Shown one piece after another: positions 28,526-38,927 of a stretch of DNA of 64,000 bases (position 1 is its first letter; the number at the start of each line of letters is the position of its first letter). The stretch spans positions 90,327-154,326 of the forward strand of contig JASKLF010000005.1 in the NCBI GenBank assembly GCA_030153785.1. Direction: 5' to 3'. Under the pieces are notes generated by a model. It was not told the DNA's origin. It searched no databases and saw nothing but the letters and a program-made list of their open reading frames with translations. This DNA is from a bacterium (lineage in GTDB: Bacteria; Synergistota; GBS-1). Both the position numbers and the translations under genes were made by a program.

Positions 28526-29045
28526 GTCGACTACCGTTATAGCTTTGAAACATAAGGGTGAATCGGTCATGGGCGGAGATGGCCAGGTTACGATGGGAGA
28601 TATAGTTTTAAAGGAAAGCGCCAGAAAGGTTAGAAGACTCTATAATGGGAGGGTTCTCGCGGGATTTGCTGGGGCTACCGCTGATGCCATGACTCTTCTT
28701 GAACGGTTTGAGGGAAAGCTTGAAGAATACCAGGGTAATTTGCTTAGAGCAGCGGTTGAGATGGCTAAAGATTGGAGAACCGACAAAGTTTTAAGGAGGC
28801 TTGAAGCCCTTCTGGTAGTTATGGATAGAGAGAAATTGTTGCTCATATCCGGCACGGGGGATATAGTCGAGCCAGATGATAATGTCATAGCGGTGGGCTC
28901 GGGTGGGGCCTACGCCCTTGCGGCTGCGAAGGCATTGATGGCTCACTCTAACCTTTCTGCGGAGGAGATAGTTAGAGAAGCCTTAAGGATTGCATCCGCT
29001 TTATGCATATATACAAATAATAATTTTATTATAGAGAAGCTTTAA
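28506..29045 (+). CDS. hslV: ATP-dependent protease peptidase subunit HslV
   Basis: STTV, GDGQVT, GFAG.TADA.TL, WRTD, GSGG.YA, C.YTN. Confidence 0.96.
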   Translation: MLIREVRSTTVIALKHKGESVMGGDGQVTMGDIVLKESARKVRRLYNGRVLAGFAGATADAMTLLERFEGKLEEYQGNLLRAAVEMAKDWRTDKVLRRLEALLVVMDREKLLLISGTGDIVEPDDNVIAVGSGGAYALAAAKALMAHSNLSAEEIVREALRIASALCIYTNNNFIIEKL

Positions 29046-29061
29046 AGAGAGGTGATTTTTA

Positions 29062-30414
29062 TTGTCCTTAGAAGGGTTAACACCTCGACAGATAGTTGAA
29101 GCTCTGGATAAATACATTATTGGCCAGGATGAAGCAAAAAGGGCTGTAGCTATAGCCTTAAGAAATAGAATAAGGAGAAAGGCTCTTCCTCCGGAGCTCA
29201 GGGAAGAGGTAGCTCCTAAGAACATCTTGATGATAGGTCCTACGGGAGTTGGTAAGACTGAAATAGCCCGCAGACTTGCAAACCTTGTGGGAGCTCCCTT
29301 TGTTAAGGTTGAGGCGACGAAGTTTACCGAGGTTGGTTATGTGGGAAGAGATGTAGATTCTATGATAAGGGAGCTTGTCGAAGTTTCTGTCCAGATGGTT
29401 AAGGCGGAAAAAATAAGTGAGGTTATGGAGGAAGCTCGTGCTCATGCTGAGCTTAGGATTATTGAGGCGCTTATGCCAGGCGTGAGATTCTCCTATGCTG
29501 CCCAGGAGCCGGGAGCTTATGAGCCTTCGGTGAGAGAAAGTACCCGTCAGAGGCTTCTGGAGATGCTCAGAAGCGGTCAGCTTGAGGATAGAGTTATTGA
29601 GGTAGATGTGGTTGATAGGTCTATGCCGAGGGTTGAAGTCTTCACAGCCATGGGGGTCGAGGATCTTGGCATCAATTTCCAGGATTTGCTCGGTAATCTC
29701 TTTCCCCCAAGGATGAAAAGGAGGAAACTAAAGGTTAAGGAGGCAAGAAAGATCTTGGAGCAGGAGGAGGCTCAAAAGCTCATAGATATGGACGAGGTAG
29801 CTCAAGAGGCGATAAGGCGGGCAGAGGAGACCGGGATAGTTTTTATAGACGAGATAGACAAGATAGTAAGCAAGGGAAGCACGCATGGTCCTGATGTCTC
29901 GAGGGAAGGTGTTCAAAGGGATATTTTGCCCATAGTTGAAGGTTCCACGGTAATAACGAAATACGGCCCTGTTAGGACTGACCATATCTTGTTTATCGCA
30001 GCTGGGGCTTTTCATATAGCTAAGCCTTCAGACCTCATTCCTGAGCTTCAGGGAAGATTTCCTATCAGAGTTGAGCTTAAACCCCTTCATAAGGAGGACC
30101 TTGAGAGGATTCTGGTGGAGCCTAAAAATGCTCTTGTGAAGCAATATAAAGCCTTGTTAGCTACCGAGGGGGTAGAGCTTGAGTTTACTCCCGAGGCAAT
30201 AGGCAAGATAGCCGAAATAGCATACAGGATAAACGAGGAGATGGAGAATATAGGGGCAAGAAGACTTCACACGGTTATGGAGAAGCTTCTTGAGGATATC
30301 TCCTTCGAAGCTCCGGAAAGAAGGGGCACGAAGGTGATCATAGACGAGAAGTATGTAGTTGAAAAGCTCTCCTCTATAGTGGGGAGAAAAGACCTGAGTC
30401 AATACATCCTTTAG
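29062..30414 (+). CDS. hslU: ATP-dependent protease ATPase subunit HslU
   Basis: [53 protein letters not shown]. Confidence 0.97.
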   Translation: MSLEGLTPRQIVEALDKYIIGQDEAKRAVAIALRNRIRRKALPPELREEVAPKNILMIGPTGVGKTEIARRLANLVGAPFVKVEATKFTEVGYVGRDVDSMIRELVEVSVQMVKAEKISEVMEEARAHAELRIIEALMPGVRFSYAAQEPGAYEPSVRESTRQRLLEMLRSGQLEDRVIEVDVVDRSMPRVEVFTAMGVEDLGINFQDLLGNLFPPRMKRRKLKVKEARKILEQEEAQKLIDMDEVAQEAIRRAEETGIVFIDEIDKIVSKGSTHGPDVSREGVQRDILPIVEGSTVITKYGPVRTDHILFIAAGAFHIAKPSDLIPELQGRFPIRVELKPLHKEDLERILVEPKNALVKQYKALLATEGVELEFTPEAIGKIAEIAYRINEEMENIGARRLHTVMEKLLEDISFEAPERRGTKVIIDEKYVVEKLSSIVGRKDLSQYIL

Positions 30415-30428
30415 GGAGGGATGAGAAT

Positions 30429-31229
30429 ATGGCTAAAACAAATGAGACGGGGATTTTAGAAGAACTTCTCCGGAAGGAACGTAAGATAAGCAGGCTAATT
30501 GAGCGTCAAGCAGGGCGTGAAGTGGATTTCATGGCTATAGCTGATGTCTTAAGCGAGGTTATCGAGGCTAACGTCTATATCTCTGACAGGGACGGCAAGA
30601 TACTTGGTCATGCCCTGTTAAACGATTATGACTGTCCTGAAGTGACAAAGGTGTTAAAGGAAGGAAGGTATCCTGAGGAGTATAATGAAAAGCTCTTAAG
30701 AATAATTGAGCCAGTGGTTAATCAAGCTCCTAAAAGCGGAAGGTGTTCCTATTTTCTTGATGTGGAATGTAAATACCCCAACAAGTATGTCAGCTTCTTC
30801 CCTATAGTTGGCGGTAGCGAGAGGCTTGGCACCCTTGTGGTTGCTCGTTTTGATAACGGACTTTCATTGGCGGATCAAATCTTGGCGGAGTATGGGGCTA
30901 CCATAGTGGGTATAGAAATATTGAGAGCAAGAAACGAAGAGATGGAGAAAATGGCCAGAGAGCAGATAACGGTTCAGCTGGCTTTAAGAACCCTTTCCTA
31001 TTCGGAGCTTTCTGCTATGAGAAAGATCTTTGAAAAATTTAACGATAGCGAGGGTGTTGTCATAGCAAGTAAGATAGCCGGGGATATAGGTGTAACTCGC
31101 TCCGTGATAGTTAACGCTTTAAGGAAGCTTGAGAGCGCGGGCATAATAGAGACGAGATCTCTTGGTATGAAGGGGACCTACATCAGGGTTATTACTCCTC
31201 TCTTCTTGAAGGAACTTAAGGTTAAATAA
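30429..31229 (+). CDS. codY: GTP/BCAA-sensing transcriptional regulator CodY
   Basis: GG.ERLGTL, EYGAT.VG, LSYSE, ASKIA..IG.TRSVIVNALRKLESAG.IE.RSLGMKGT. Confidence 0.96.
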   Translation: MAKTNETGILEELLRKERKISRLIERQAGREVDFMAIADVLSEVIEANVYISDRDGKILGHALLNDYDCPEVTKVLKEGRYPEEYNEKLLRIIEPVVNQAPKSGRCSYFLDVECKYPNKYVSFFPIVGGSERLGTLVVARFDNGLSLADQILAEYGATIVGIEILRARNEEMEKMAREQITVQLALRTLSYSELSAMRKIFEKFNDSEGVVIASKIAGDIGVTRSVIVNALRKLESAGIIETRSLGMKGTYIRVITPLFLKELKVK

Positions 31230-31230
31230 C

Positions 31231-31282
31231 TAAAGGTGCACCATCTCCAGGGCGAAAAATAAGGTGGAGGTGGTGCCCTTTG
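31231..31282 (+). promoter_or_regulatory. Hairpin covering the flgB RBS and start codon, with an overlapping sigma28-like promoter
   Basis: AAAGG(T)GCACCATCTCCA pairs with TGGAGGTGGTGCCCTTT; TAAA-N16-GGCGAAAA. Confidence 0.6.
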
Positions 31283-31690
31283 CTTTTTGACAGAACTACG
31301 AGGGTTCTTGAAAAGACCCTTGATGCCCTCTCTCTTAGACAGGAGGTTATAGCTAACAATATTGCCAACGTAAACACACCCGATTATAGGAGGAAAGAGG
31401 TAACCTTTGAAGAGGAGTTAAAAGAGGCCCTTTCTGAAAGCCCGAGGAGAATAAAAGGCTATATCACTCACCCTAATCATATTCCCATACCCCAACCTCA
31501 ATTGACGTTGGAAAGGGTAGAGCCTCAGGTATGGGAAAGGAACGACCTGTTTTTTAGAAATGATAAAAACGGCGTGGATATAGACACGGAGCTTGCTGAA
31601 CTTGCGAAAAATTCTATGAAGTATTCGGCTGTAAGTCGAACTTTAGCCAGAAAGTTTGCTATACTTGACATAGTGATAGGAAGGAGGTAG
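31280..31690 (+). CDS. flgB: Flagellar basal-body rod protein FlgB
   Basis: RQEVIANNIANVNTP.Y, TH.NHI, RND.NGVDID.E. Confidence 0.95.
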   Translation: MLFDRTTRVLEKTLDALSLRQEVIANNIANVNTPDYRRKEVTFEEELKEALSESPRRIKGYITHPNHIPIPQPQLTLERVEPQVWERNDLFFRNDKNGVDIDTELAELAKNSMKYSAVSRTLARKFAILDIVIGRR

Positions 31691-31698
31691 GCTAAAAT

Positions 31699-32157
31699 AT
31701 GAGAATATTTAAGACTATAGACATAAGCGCTTCCGCTTTAACTGCTCACCGACTTTGGCTTGATGTTATAGCTGATAATTTGGCTAACGTTAATACTACG
31801 AGAACCCCTGAAGGTGGGCCTTACAGAAGAAAGATGGTGATTTTCGAGTCTCGGGAAAAGCTCTTCCCCGAAGAGGTGGGCTTTTCCTTTCCTCCTTTTC
31901 CGAGGAGTGTCCCGGAGTTTGAGGGAGAAGGTGTAAGGGTTAAGGAAATAGTGGAAGATCCGACTCCACCGCGCCTAGTGTATGATCCCAATCATCCTGA
32001 TGCGGATAAGCAGGGGTATGTGGCATATCCGAATGTAAACGTCGTTAGAGAGATGGTTGATATGATATCCGCAAGTAGAGCCTATGAAGCCAACCTTATG
32101 ACCATAAATACCACAAGAAGCATGTTCATGAATGCCCTTGAGATAATCAGGGGGTGA
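31699..32157 (+). CDS. flgC: Flagellar basal-body rod protein FlgC
   Basis: NLANVNTTRT..GGPYRRK, YDPNHPDA, PNVN.V.EM.DMI.A.RAYEAN. Confidence 0.96.
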   Translation: MRIFKTIDISASALTAHRLWLDVIADNLANVNTTRTPEGGPYRRKMVIFESREKLFPEEVGFSFPPFPRSVPEFEGEGVRVKEIVEDPTPPRLVYDPNHPDADKQGYVAYPNVNVVREMVDMISASRAYEANLMTINTTRSMFMNALEIIRG

Positions 32158-32163
32158 AGATGA

Positions 32164-32481
32164 TTGGTTGAGAGGATAGTTTTTTCCCTTGATAGGCTTA
32201 ATCTTCCAGCTGTAAAGGATGAAGGTGAGGAGAGAAAAGTTAAGGAGGAGCAAAAGGTAGAAGGTGGTAGCTTTTTAGACCTTCTTAAAGAAGGGATTAA
32301 AAAGGTGAACGAGCTTGAAAAGGATGCTGATAAAATGGCTCAAAAGCTTGCAACAGGAGAGTTAGAGGATATTCATGAGCTTACCATAGCAGTTAGGAAG
32401 GCGGAGCTCGCCGTTAGGCTTCTTACGGAGATAAGGAATAGAATAGTGGATGCATATGATAGATTAACGAGGCTGACGTAG
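32164..32481 (+). CDS. fliE: Flagellar hook-basal body protein FliE
   Basis: F.DLL..GI..VN, DIHE..IA..KA, EIRN....AY. Confidence 0.93.
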   Translation: MVERIVFSLDRLNLPAVKDEGEERKVKEEQKVEGGSFLDLLKEGIKKVNELEKDADKMAQKLATGELEDIHELTIAVRKAELAVRLLTEIRNRIVDAYDRLTRLT

Positions 32482-32485
32482 TATC

Positions 32486-34051
32486 ATGTTTGAGAGGATA
32501 AGAAGTGTTTTTTCTTCTCTTTTAGGAAAGTGGGAATCTCTCTCTAAGCCCCAGAGAATAGTTGTCCTTGGAGCTGGTGCGGCTTTATTGATATCTTTTG
32601 TGTTGCTTCTTTTGTGGGCTCGTGAGCCTCAATATGTTCCCCTTTTTACCAATTTGGATCCTAAGGATGCCTCTGCAGTTATAGAACAGCTTGATAAGAT
32701 GAAAGTTCCTTATGAGATAGCTGATGAGGGTAAGACCGTTCTTGTTCCAATGGATAAGGTATATAACTTGAGAATTCAGCTTGCAGGAATGGGTTTACCT
32801 ACTCAGGGGGTTGTAGGATTTGAAATATTTGAAAAACCCAAGTTTGGATTGACGACCTTTCAGGAACAGATAAATTACCTTAGGGCTCTTGAAGGAGAGC
32901 TTACGAGGACCATAATGAACCTTGAACCTGTGGAGCTTGCGAAGGTTAATATAGTTCTTCCTCAGCCTCGGCTTTATGTTGAAGAGCAAAAGGCCACAAC
33001 CGCTTCTGTCCTGGTGAAACTTAGGCCTGGTGCCAAGCTTTCGGTGGAACAGGTTAAAGCGATTGTCCACCTTGTTGCCCATAGTGTCGAGGGTCTTTCT
33101 CCCGATGATGTGGTTGTTGTTGATACGCAGGGCAATATATTGACGGAAATGCTCCATGAGGAATATATACTAAGGGGAGTGGAAAAGGTCTCGACCTTGC
33201 AGAAGGAGATAGAAAGCCTTTATGAGAAGGATTTAGAGACGAAGCTTAAAACTATGTTGGAAAAGGTGTTTGGCCCAGGTAGGGCTGTGGCCAAGGTAAA
33301 GGTGGAGATAGATCTTAACAAGAGGGAGGTAAAAAGGGAGACCTTTAAACCAGTGGTTGGAAGCTCTGGTATAGTTAGAAGTGAGCAGAATATAGAGGAG
33401 CAGTATAAGGGGACAGTTGCTCCTCCCTCTGGGGTTCCTGGAACCCAGACTAACATCCCTGGTTATCAGGTTCCGGAAAAAAAGGGAGAAGAGGTTGAAT
33501 ATGCTAAATCGGAGACTATAAGGAATTATGAGGTTAGCAAGGAAGAGGAAAAAGAGATATTTGCACCTGGTAAGATAAAAAGGATGACGGTTTCTGTGGT
33601 AGTTGATGCGAAGCTCGATCCGGAACAGCTTCAGAACCTTAAGAACACGGTAGCTGCAGCGGTTGGGTATGACCCCAATAGAGGTGATGAGATCGTAGTT
33701 CAAACTATGGAGTTCAACGTGGCATATCTTAGGGAGCTTGAGGAAGAGCTCAAGGCTCAGGAGAGACTCAGGTTGGTGCTAACCTTGGGGATACTGGGAG
33801 CATTGGCTGGAGCACTTGTAGGATACCTGCTTTGGAGAAGATGGAGAAGGAAGAAGCTTGAAGAGGAGGCAAAACGCGCTGCTGAGGCTGTTTCCGAGGA
33901 GAAGAGACCCCGTCTTGAAGAGATGTTGGCTCATCCTGAGCTATTTTTAGAGGAAGAGAGGGTTATAGAGATAGAAGATTTAAGAGCCTTTGCTTCAAGA
34001 TATCCTGAGGAAGTGGCCAAGGTGATAAAATCTTGGCTTTATGAAGAGTGA
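32486..34051 (+). CDS. fliF: Flagellar MS-ring protein FliF
   Basis: Two TMs; GFEIF, RALEGEL.RTI, ASV, SVEGL, G.PG..TN, RGD.I.V. Confidence 0.96.
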   Translation: MFERIRSVFSSLLGKWESLSKPQRIVVLGAGAALLISFVLLLLWAREPQYVPLFTNLDPKDASAVIEQLDKMKVPYEIADEGKTVLVPMDKVYNLRIQLAGMGLPTQGVVGFEIFEKPKFGLTTFQEQINYLRALEGELTRTIMNLEPVELAKVNIVLPQPRLYVEEQKATTASVLVKLRPGAKLSVEQVKAIVHLVAHSVEGLSPDDVVVVDTQGNILTEMLHEEYILRGVEKVSTLQKEIESLYEKDLETKLKTMLEKVFGPGRAVAKVKVEIDLNKREVKRETFKPVVGSSGIVRSEQNIEEQYKGTVAPPSGVPGTQTNIPGYQVPEKKGEEVEYAKSETIRNYEVSKEEEKEIFAPGKIKRMTVSVVVDAKLDPEQLQNLKNTVAAAVGYDPNRGDEIVVQTMEFNVAYLRELEEELKAQERLRLVLTLGILGALAGALVGYLLWRRWRRKKLEEEAKRAAEAVSEEKRPRLEEMLAHPELFLEEERVIEIEDLRAFASRYPEEVAKVIKSWLYEE

Positions 34052-34066
34052 AAAGGGTGACCCCTT

Positions 34067-35083
34067 GTGGCTAAAAGAAGGAAAGAGGGTTTCAGTGGAA
34101 GAGAGAAAGCAGCCATATTGCTGGTTATTTTAGGGCCCGAGATATCGGCTCAGGTCTTTAAGCATCTTGAGGATACGGAGGTGGAACAGCTCACCCTTGA
34201 GATTGCTAATCTCCCCACGATTCCTCCAGAGGTTAAGAATGAGATAATCCATGAATTCCAACATCTTTTGGTTGCTCAGGAATTTATGGCGAAAGGTGGG
34301 GTTAACTATGCTAAGGAGCTCTTGGAGAAGGCTTTTGGCCCAGAGAAGGCAAAGGAAATCTTAAGCAAATTAACTGCCCAACTTCAGGTTAGACCCTTCG
34401 AGTTTGTGAGGAAAACGGACCCGCTTCAGCTTCTTTCTGTGATTCAGGGGGAGCATCCGCAGACGATTGCTCTTATTTTGGCTTATCTTTCCCCGGAACA
34501 GGCGGCTTCCGTGCTTTCTGGCCTTCCGCCGGAGCTTCAAGTTGATGTGGCTCGCCGTCTGGCCACCATGGATAGAACCTCTCCCGATGTTATAAGGGAG
34601 GTTGAAAGGGTTTTGGAGAGGAAGCTTTCAACCTTTGTAAGTCAAGACTTCACGATGGTCGGCGGTATCGATGCCCTCGTTGAAATCTTGAATAGATCCG
34701 ATAGAGGTACGGAGAAGAATATCCTTGAGGCCCTTGAGGAACAGGACCCTGAGCTTGCTGAAGAGGTAAAGAGGAAGCTCTTTGTATTTGAGGATGTCGT
34801 TCTTCTCGATGATAGGGCGTTACAAAGGGTGTTAAGAGAGGTAGATATGAAGGACCTTGCCTTGGCATTGAAAGGTGCGAGTGAGGAGGTTAGAGAAAAG
34901 TTCTTTAAGAACATGTCTAAAAGGGCTGCTCAGATGCTTAAGGAGGACATGGAATATATGGGACCCGTTAGGGTCAGGGATGTGGAGGATGCCCAACAGC
35001 GCATAGTTAACATTATAAGACAGCTTGAAGAGGCAGGAGAAATAGTTATAGCGAGAGGCGGGGAGGAAGAGCTAATTGTTTAA
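34067..35083 (+). CDS. fliG: Flagellar motor switch protein FliG
   Basis: KAAILL, GG..YA, EHPQTIALIL, FVFED, NMS.RAA, GPVR. Confidence 0.97.
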   Translation: MAKRRKEGFSGREKAAILLVILGPEISAQVFKHLEDTEVEQLTLEIANLPTIPPEVKNEIIHEFQHLLVAQEFMAKGGVNYAKELLEKAFGPEKAKEILSKLTAQLQVRPFEFVRKTDPLQLLSVIQGEHPQTIALILAYLSPEQAASVLSGLPPELQVDVARRLATMDRTSPDVIREVERVLERKLSTFVSQDFTMVGGIDALVEILNRSDRGTEKNILEALEEQDPELAEEVKRKLFVFEDVVLLDDRALQRVLREVDMKDLALALKGASEEVREKFFKNMSKRAAQMLKEDMEYMGPVRVRDVEDAQQRIVNIIRQLEEAGEIVIARGGEEELIV

Positions 35084-35969
35084 AGGTAGTCTTTTAAAGT
35101 ATGTGAAACTTTTGGATACACCCTTTTTAGTTGGCATGCAAGATGGAAATGGCAAGGGCCCCGTTGAGGAGGAAGAGGAGCTCCCCCCTGAAAAGGAAGA
35201 GGTTGTGTCCCTTGCGGAAGAAGACCTTCTCTCTAAAAGGGAGGATCTTAAGAGAGAGATAGAATTGCTTGAAAATAGATTGAAAGAGCTTTCGGTTGAG
35301 GCACGGAGCTTGGTGGAGAAATCAAAGGGTGAAGCGGATAATATAAAAAGGACGGCAGAGGAAGAGGCAAAACGCCTATCCCAGAGGATTTTGGAAGAGG
35401 CACGTAGGGAGGCTGAAAGGTTAAAGGAGGAAGCTTCTAAATCAGGTTATAAAGAAGGGTATGAGAAGGGGTTTTCTGAGGGATATTCGGCGGGACTTAA
35501 AGAGGGGAAGGCTCAGTATGAGGAGCAGATAAACCTATTGAAGGGCGTTTTAGAGGAAATTAAGAAGGCGAAAGAGAAGCTTATTGAAGAGATAGAGCCT
35601 GAGATTGTGGAAATAATAAAGATAGTATTGAGAAAAATAATTTTAAAAGAGGCGGAGATTGATAGAGACCTTGTCTTAAGGGTGATTAAGGCAGCTATCA
35701 AGAGGTTGGAGGAAAGAGGCAGAATAGTTGTTAGAGTTAACCCTGACGATTTGCCTAAGGTTGTGGAGCGCAGGGAAGAATTTTTCAAAGATATAGAGGG
35801 ATTAAAGGAGCTTGAGATTGTGGAAGATCCGCGAGTAGACAGGGGTGGATGTATAGTAGAAGGTGACCTTGGAGTGGTAGATGCCCGTATAAGAGCGCAG
35901 ATAGAGGAGTTTGAGCGCTTTTTAGATAGGCTACTTAAGGAGGGTAGGGAGGAGGAAGGACTTGCTTAG
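35076..35969 (+). CDS. fliH: Flagellar assembly protein FliH
   Basis: GxxxG repeats (GYKEGYEKGFSEGY), RVNP.D, GGCIVE...G.VDA. Confidence 0.92.
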   Translation: MFKGSLLKYVKLLDTPFLVGMQDGNGKGPVEEEEELPPEKEEVVSLAEEDLLSKREDLKREIELLENRLKELSVEARSLVEKSKGEADNIKRTAEEEAKRLSQRILEEARREAERLKEEASKSGYKEGYEKGFSEGYSAGLKEGKAQYEEQINLLKGVLEEIKKAKEKLIEEIEPEIVEIIKIVLRKIILKEAEIDRDLVLRVIKAAIKRLEERGRIVVRVNPDDLPKVVERREEFFKDIEGLKELEIVEDPRVDRGGCIVEGDLGVVDARIRAQIEEFERFLDRLLKEGREEEGLA

Positions 35970-37263
35970 CCGTTATATACATAGGCTTAGGGAGTTTGAA
36001 CCGATAAAGGTTAACGGCAAGGTTACGAGGGTTGTGGGATTAGTGGTGGAATCGAAGGGCCCAGAGGCTTCGATAGGTGAGCTTTGCGAAATAAGACTCA
36101 AAAACGGTAAAGTTGTTAAGGCTGAGGTAGTCGGTTTCAGAGATGAGAGGGTTCTTCTTATGCCCCTCGAGGGGATGGATTATATTTACCCTGGTTGTGA
36201 GGTTATAGCGAGAGGAGAAACCCTGAAGGTTAGGGTTGGGGATTCCTTACTGGGAAGAGTGCTTAATGCTTTCGGTGAGCCCATAGATGGTAAAGGCCCT
36301 ATAGACTGGGAGTGTGAGTACCCTTTAAAAAGGAAGCCCCCATCTCCCTTGGCAAGGAATAGGATAAAAGAGCCTATTTCCGTTGGAATTAGGGCTATAG
36401 ATGGCCTTTTGACTTGTGGTAAAGGGCAAAGGATGGGAATATTTGCGGGAAGCGGTATAGGCAAGAGCGTCCTTTTAGGCATGATTGCGAGAAATACATC
36501 TGCTTCGGTAAGCGTCATAGGTCTAATAGGAGAGCGTGGCAGGGAGGTTAGGGAGTTCATAGAGAGGGATTTGGGAGAGGAAGGCTTAAAGAGGTCCGTA
36601 GTCGTTGTTGCTACCTCTGATGAGCCTGCGTTGATAAGGCTTAAGGCTGCCTTTACGGCAACTGCCATAGCTGAGTATTTTAGAGATAAAGGTCTCGATG
36701 TCATGTTAATGATGGATTCCGTAACTCGATTCGCTATGGCTCAGAGGGAAGTGGGATTAACCATTGGAGAGCCACCCGCCACGCGTGGATATACTCCCTC
36801 TGTTTTTTCCGTTCTCCCAACGCTTCTTGAGAGAGCCGGTAATTCTGAAAGGGGATCGATAACCGCCTTTTATACGGTGCTTGTTGAAGGTGACGACATG
36901 AATGAGCCCATAGCAGATACGGTTAGGAGCATCCTCGACGGGCACATAGTCTTATCTCGCAGGCTTGCTTCCCAAAATCATTATCCCGCCATAGATATTT
37001 TAAGAAGCATAAGTAGACTTATGATAGAAATAGTTCCTGATGAACACTATAAGGCAGCTACGAAGTTCAGAGAGCTTATGGCTGCCTACGAGGAGGCTCA
37101 GGACTTGATTAACATAGGGGCTTATGTTAGGGGCAGTAATAGAATGGTTGATGAGGCTCTGGATAAGCTTGACGAGATTAAGAGGTTCTTGATACAGGGC
37201 ATAAATGAAAAATCTACGCTTCAAGAGGCGCAAGAGTGGTTAATTAAGGGATTTGGAGGGTAA
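35962..37263 (+). CDS. fliI: Flagellar export ATPase FliI
   Basis: GQRMGIFAGSG.GKS, GERGREV, DSVTRFA.AQRE, GEPP, LDGHIVLSR. Confidence 0.97.
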   Translation: MLSRYIHRLREFEPIKVNGKVTRVVGLVVESKGPEASIGELCEIRLKNGKVVKAEVVGFRDERVLLMPLEGMDYIYPGCEVIARGETLKVRVGDSLLGRVLNAFGEPIDGKGPIDWECEYPLKRKPPSPLARNRIKEPISVGIRAIDGLLTCGKGQRMGIFAGSGIGKSVLLGMIARNTSASVSVIGLIGERGREVREFIERDLGEEGLKRSVVVVATSDEPALIRLKAAFTATAIAEYFRDKGLDVMLMMDSVTRFAMAQREVGLTIGEPPATRGYTPSVFSVLPTLLERAGNSERGSITAFYTVLVEGDDMNEPIADTVRSILDGHIVLSRRLASQNHYPAIDILRSISRLMIEIVPDEHYKAATKFRELMAAYEEAQDLINIGAYVRGSNRMVDEALDKLDEIKRFLIQGINEKSTLQEAQEWLIKGFGG

Positions 37264-37265
37264 AG

Positions 37266-37718
37266 ATGGCTTTTAATTTTAGATTTGAAAGGATACTTGA
37301 GCTAAAGAGAAAGGCGGAAGATGCCCTGAAGAATGAGCTTGCGCTTCTTAACTTGCGGAAGCTTGAGCTTGTTGAGGAAAGGGAAACGCTCTTGTGGGAA
37401 TTAGAGTCGATGAGGATGGACTTTCTTGAAAGACAGGGTAAGGGATTGAAAGGGGAGGAGATGAGAGTTTACCTACAATTTATGAACTCCTTAACCTTCC
37501 TAATTAATGAGAAGGATAGAGAAATAGCACGGCTTGAAAGAGAAATGGAAGGGAAAAGGGAGGAGCTTTTAGAGGCTATAAAAGAGCGTAAGAAGTTTGA
37601 GAGGCTTAGGGAAAAGGCTTACGAGAGTTATCTTCAGGAGGAGCTTCATAGGGAGAGGGTTTTTCTTGACGAGATAGGACAAAATCTTTTTCTGAGGGGG
37701 AGGAAAATTGGCTCTTGA
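37266..37718 (+). CDS. fliJ: Flagellar export protein FliJ
   Basis: F.FRF..IL.L, ERK.FE.L.EK, LDE; follows fliI. Confidence 0.92.
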   Translation: MAFNFRFERILELKRKAEDALKNELALLNLRKLELVEERETLLWELESMRMDFLERQGKGLKGEEMRVYLQFMNSLTFLINEKDREIARLEREMEGKREELLEAIKERKKFERLREKAYESYLQEELHRERVFLDEIGQNLFLRGRKIGS

Positions 37719-38319
37719 TGGTTTAAAAAGGGTTATGAGAAGAATAGAGGAGATAAGAAGAGGCTTTGATGAGCTCTCTAAGTTTCGCTCAAGGTCTGTA
37801 GAACAATATAAGGCTCCTTCTTTTAAAGAGGTTTTCCTTAAGGAAGTAGAAAGGAGTGAAGAGGAAGGGGTTAAAAGGGAAAACAGGGTTGAGGATCTTT
37901 CCCCCCTTTTGCCTCGGGACTCTTTCAAGGAGGATTCCTCAATTGAAGATGTGGTGAATAGGGCTTCAAAGCTTTATAAACTCGACCCCAAGTTAGTTAT
38001 GGCCGTAATCGAGGCTGAGTCAAATTTTAATCCAAAAGCCCTTTCTCCTAAGGGTGCGATGGGGTTAATGCAATTGATGCCTGATACAGCGAGGGAAATG
38101 GGAGTTAGGGACCCTTTCGATGTGGAGGAAAATATAATGGGTGGAGTAAAGTATCTTAACTATCTCTCCGAAAAATATAAGGGGAACCTTGAGTTAGTAT
38201 TAGCCGCCTATAACGCGGGCCCAGGTGCTGTGGATAAATATGGCGGGATTCCTCCCTATAAAGAGACCCAGGATTATGTAAGGAAGGTTTTATCGATTTA
38301 TAGGAAGCTTAAAAGATGA
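37708..38319 (+). CDS. Lytic transglycosylase (SLT domain)
   Basis: AVIEAES.FNP.A.S.KGA.GLMQLMP.TA, LAAYNAG, ET..YV. Confidence 0.93.
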   Translation: MALDGLKRVMRRIEEIRRGFDELSKFRSRSVEQYKAPSFKEVFLKEVERSEEEGVKRENRVEDLSPLLPRDSFKEDSSIEDVVNRASKLYKLDPKLVMAVIEAESNFNPKALSPKGAMGLMQLMPDTAREMGVRDPFDVEENIMGGVKYLNYLSEKYKGNLELVLAAYNAGPGAVDKYGGIPPYKETQDYVRKVLSIYRKLKR

Positions 38320-38927
38320 AGCGTATCATATTTATACTCTTCATCCTCCTTTTCGCAATTATGGGAACCTTGATAGGTCTTCACTTTGCAAGGGTCGTTG
38401 ATGTAAAAAAGATCTATCTTAGCGCCGTTTATCCTTATGCTATTAAGCTTCCTTACATAGGTAAATACGTAGAGAGGTTTACATCGGATTTGAGAACCCG
38501 CTTTACTCCCATCGAGAGAAGAAGGATGGAACTTGAAACATGGGCTAAGAGACTTAGGGAACTTGAGGAGAAGCTGAGAAAAGAGCTTTCTCAAAAGGAA
38601 GCGGAGCTGGAGGCCGAAAAGAAGAAGCTGGAGGAAGAGAAGGCGAAACTTGAGGAAGAGAAGAAAAGGTTGGCCGAGCTTATGGCAAAGGCTACACAGG
38701 AGTTCTCGGGAAAGGCCATTTCTGAAGAGGAAGCGAGGAGATTAGCTTCCTATTATGCTGCGATGAGACCTGCTGATGCAGCTGCCATAATAAATAATCT
38801 CGATGAGGACCTTGCGGTTGCCATATTAAAGAATCTTGATTATGAGAGAGCAGCGAAAATTTTAACCTCCTTAGATCCCAATAAGGCAGCCAGACTCATC
38901 TCTAAGATGGGGAGGGAAAAGAGATGA
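38316..38927 (+). CDS. MotE/YlxF family flagellar protein (TM, coiled coil, MgtE_N-like domain)
   Basis: LA.YY..M.P..AA.I...L....A..IL..L....AA.IL..LDP..AA; position before fliK. Confidence 0.8.
   Translation: MKRIIFILFILLFAIMGTLIGLHFARVVDVKKIYLSAVYPYAIKLPYIGKYVERFTSDLRTRFTPIERRRMELETWAKRLRELEEKLRKELSQKEAELEAEKKKLEEEKAKLEEEKKRLAELMAKATQEFSGKAISEEEARRLASYYAAMRPADAAAIINNLDEDLAVAILKNLDYERAAKILTSLDPNKAARLISKMGREKR

Noticed and set aside
35440..35510. Tandem repeats in fliH, and the heptad repeat in the MotE-like gene near 38600-38670
   Set aside because: Ordinary GxxxG and coiled-coil protein periodicity, not DNA-level repeats.
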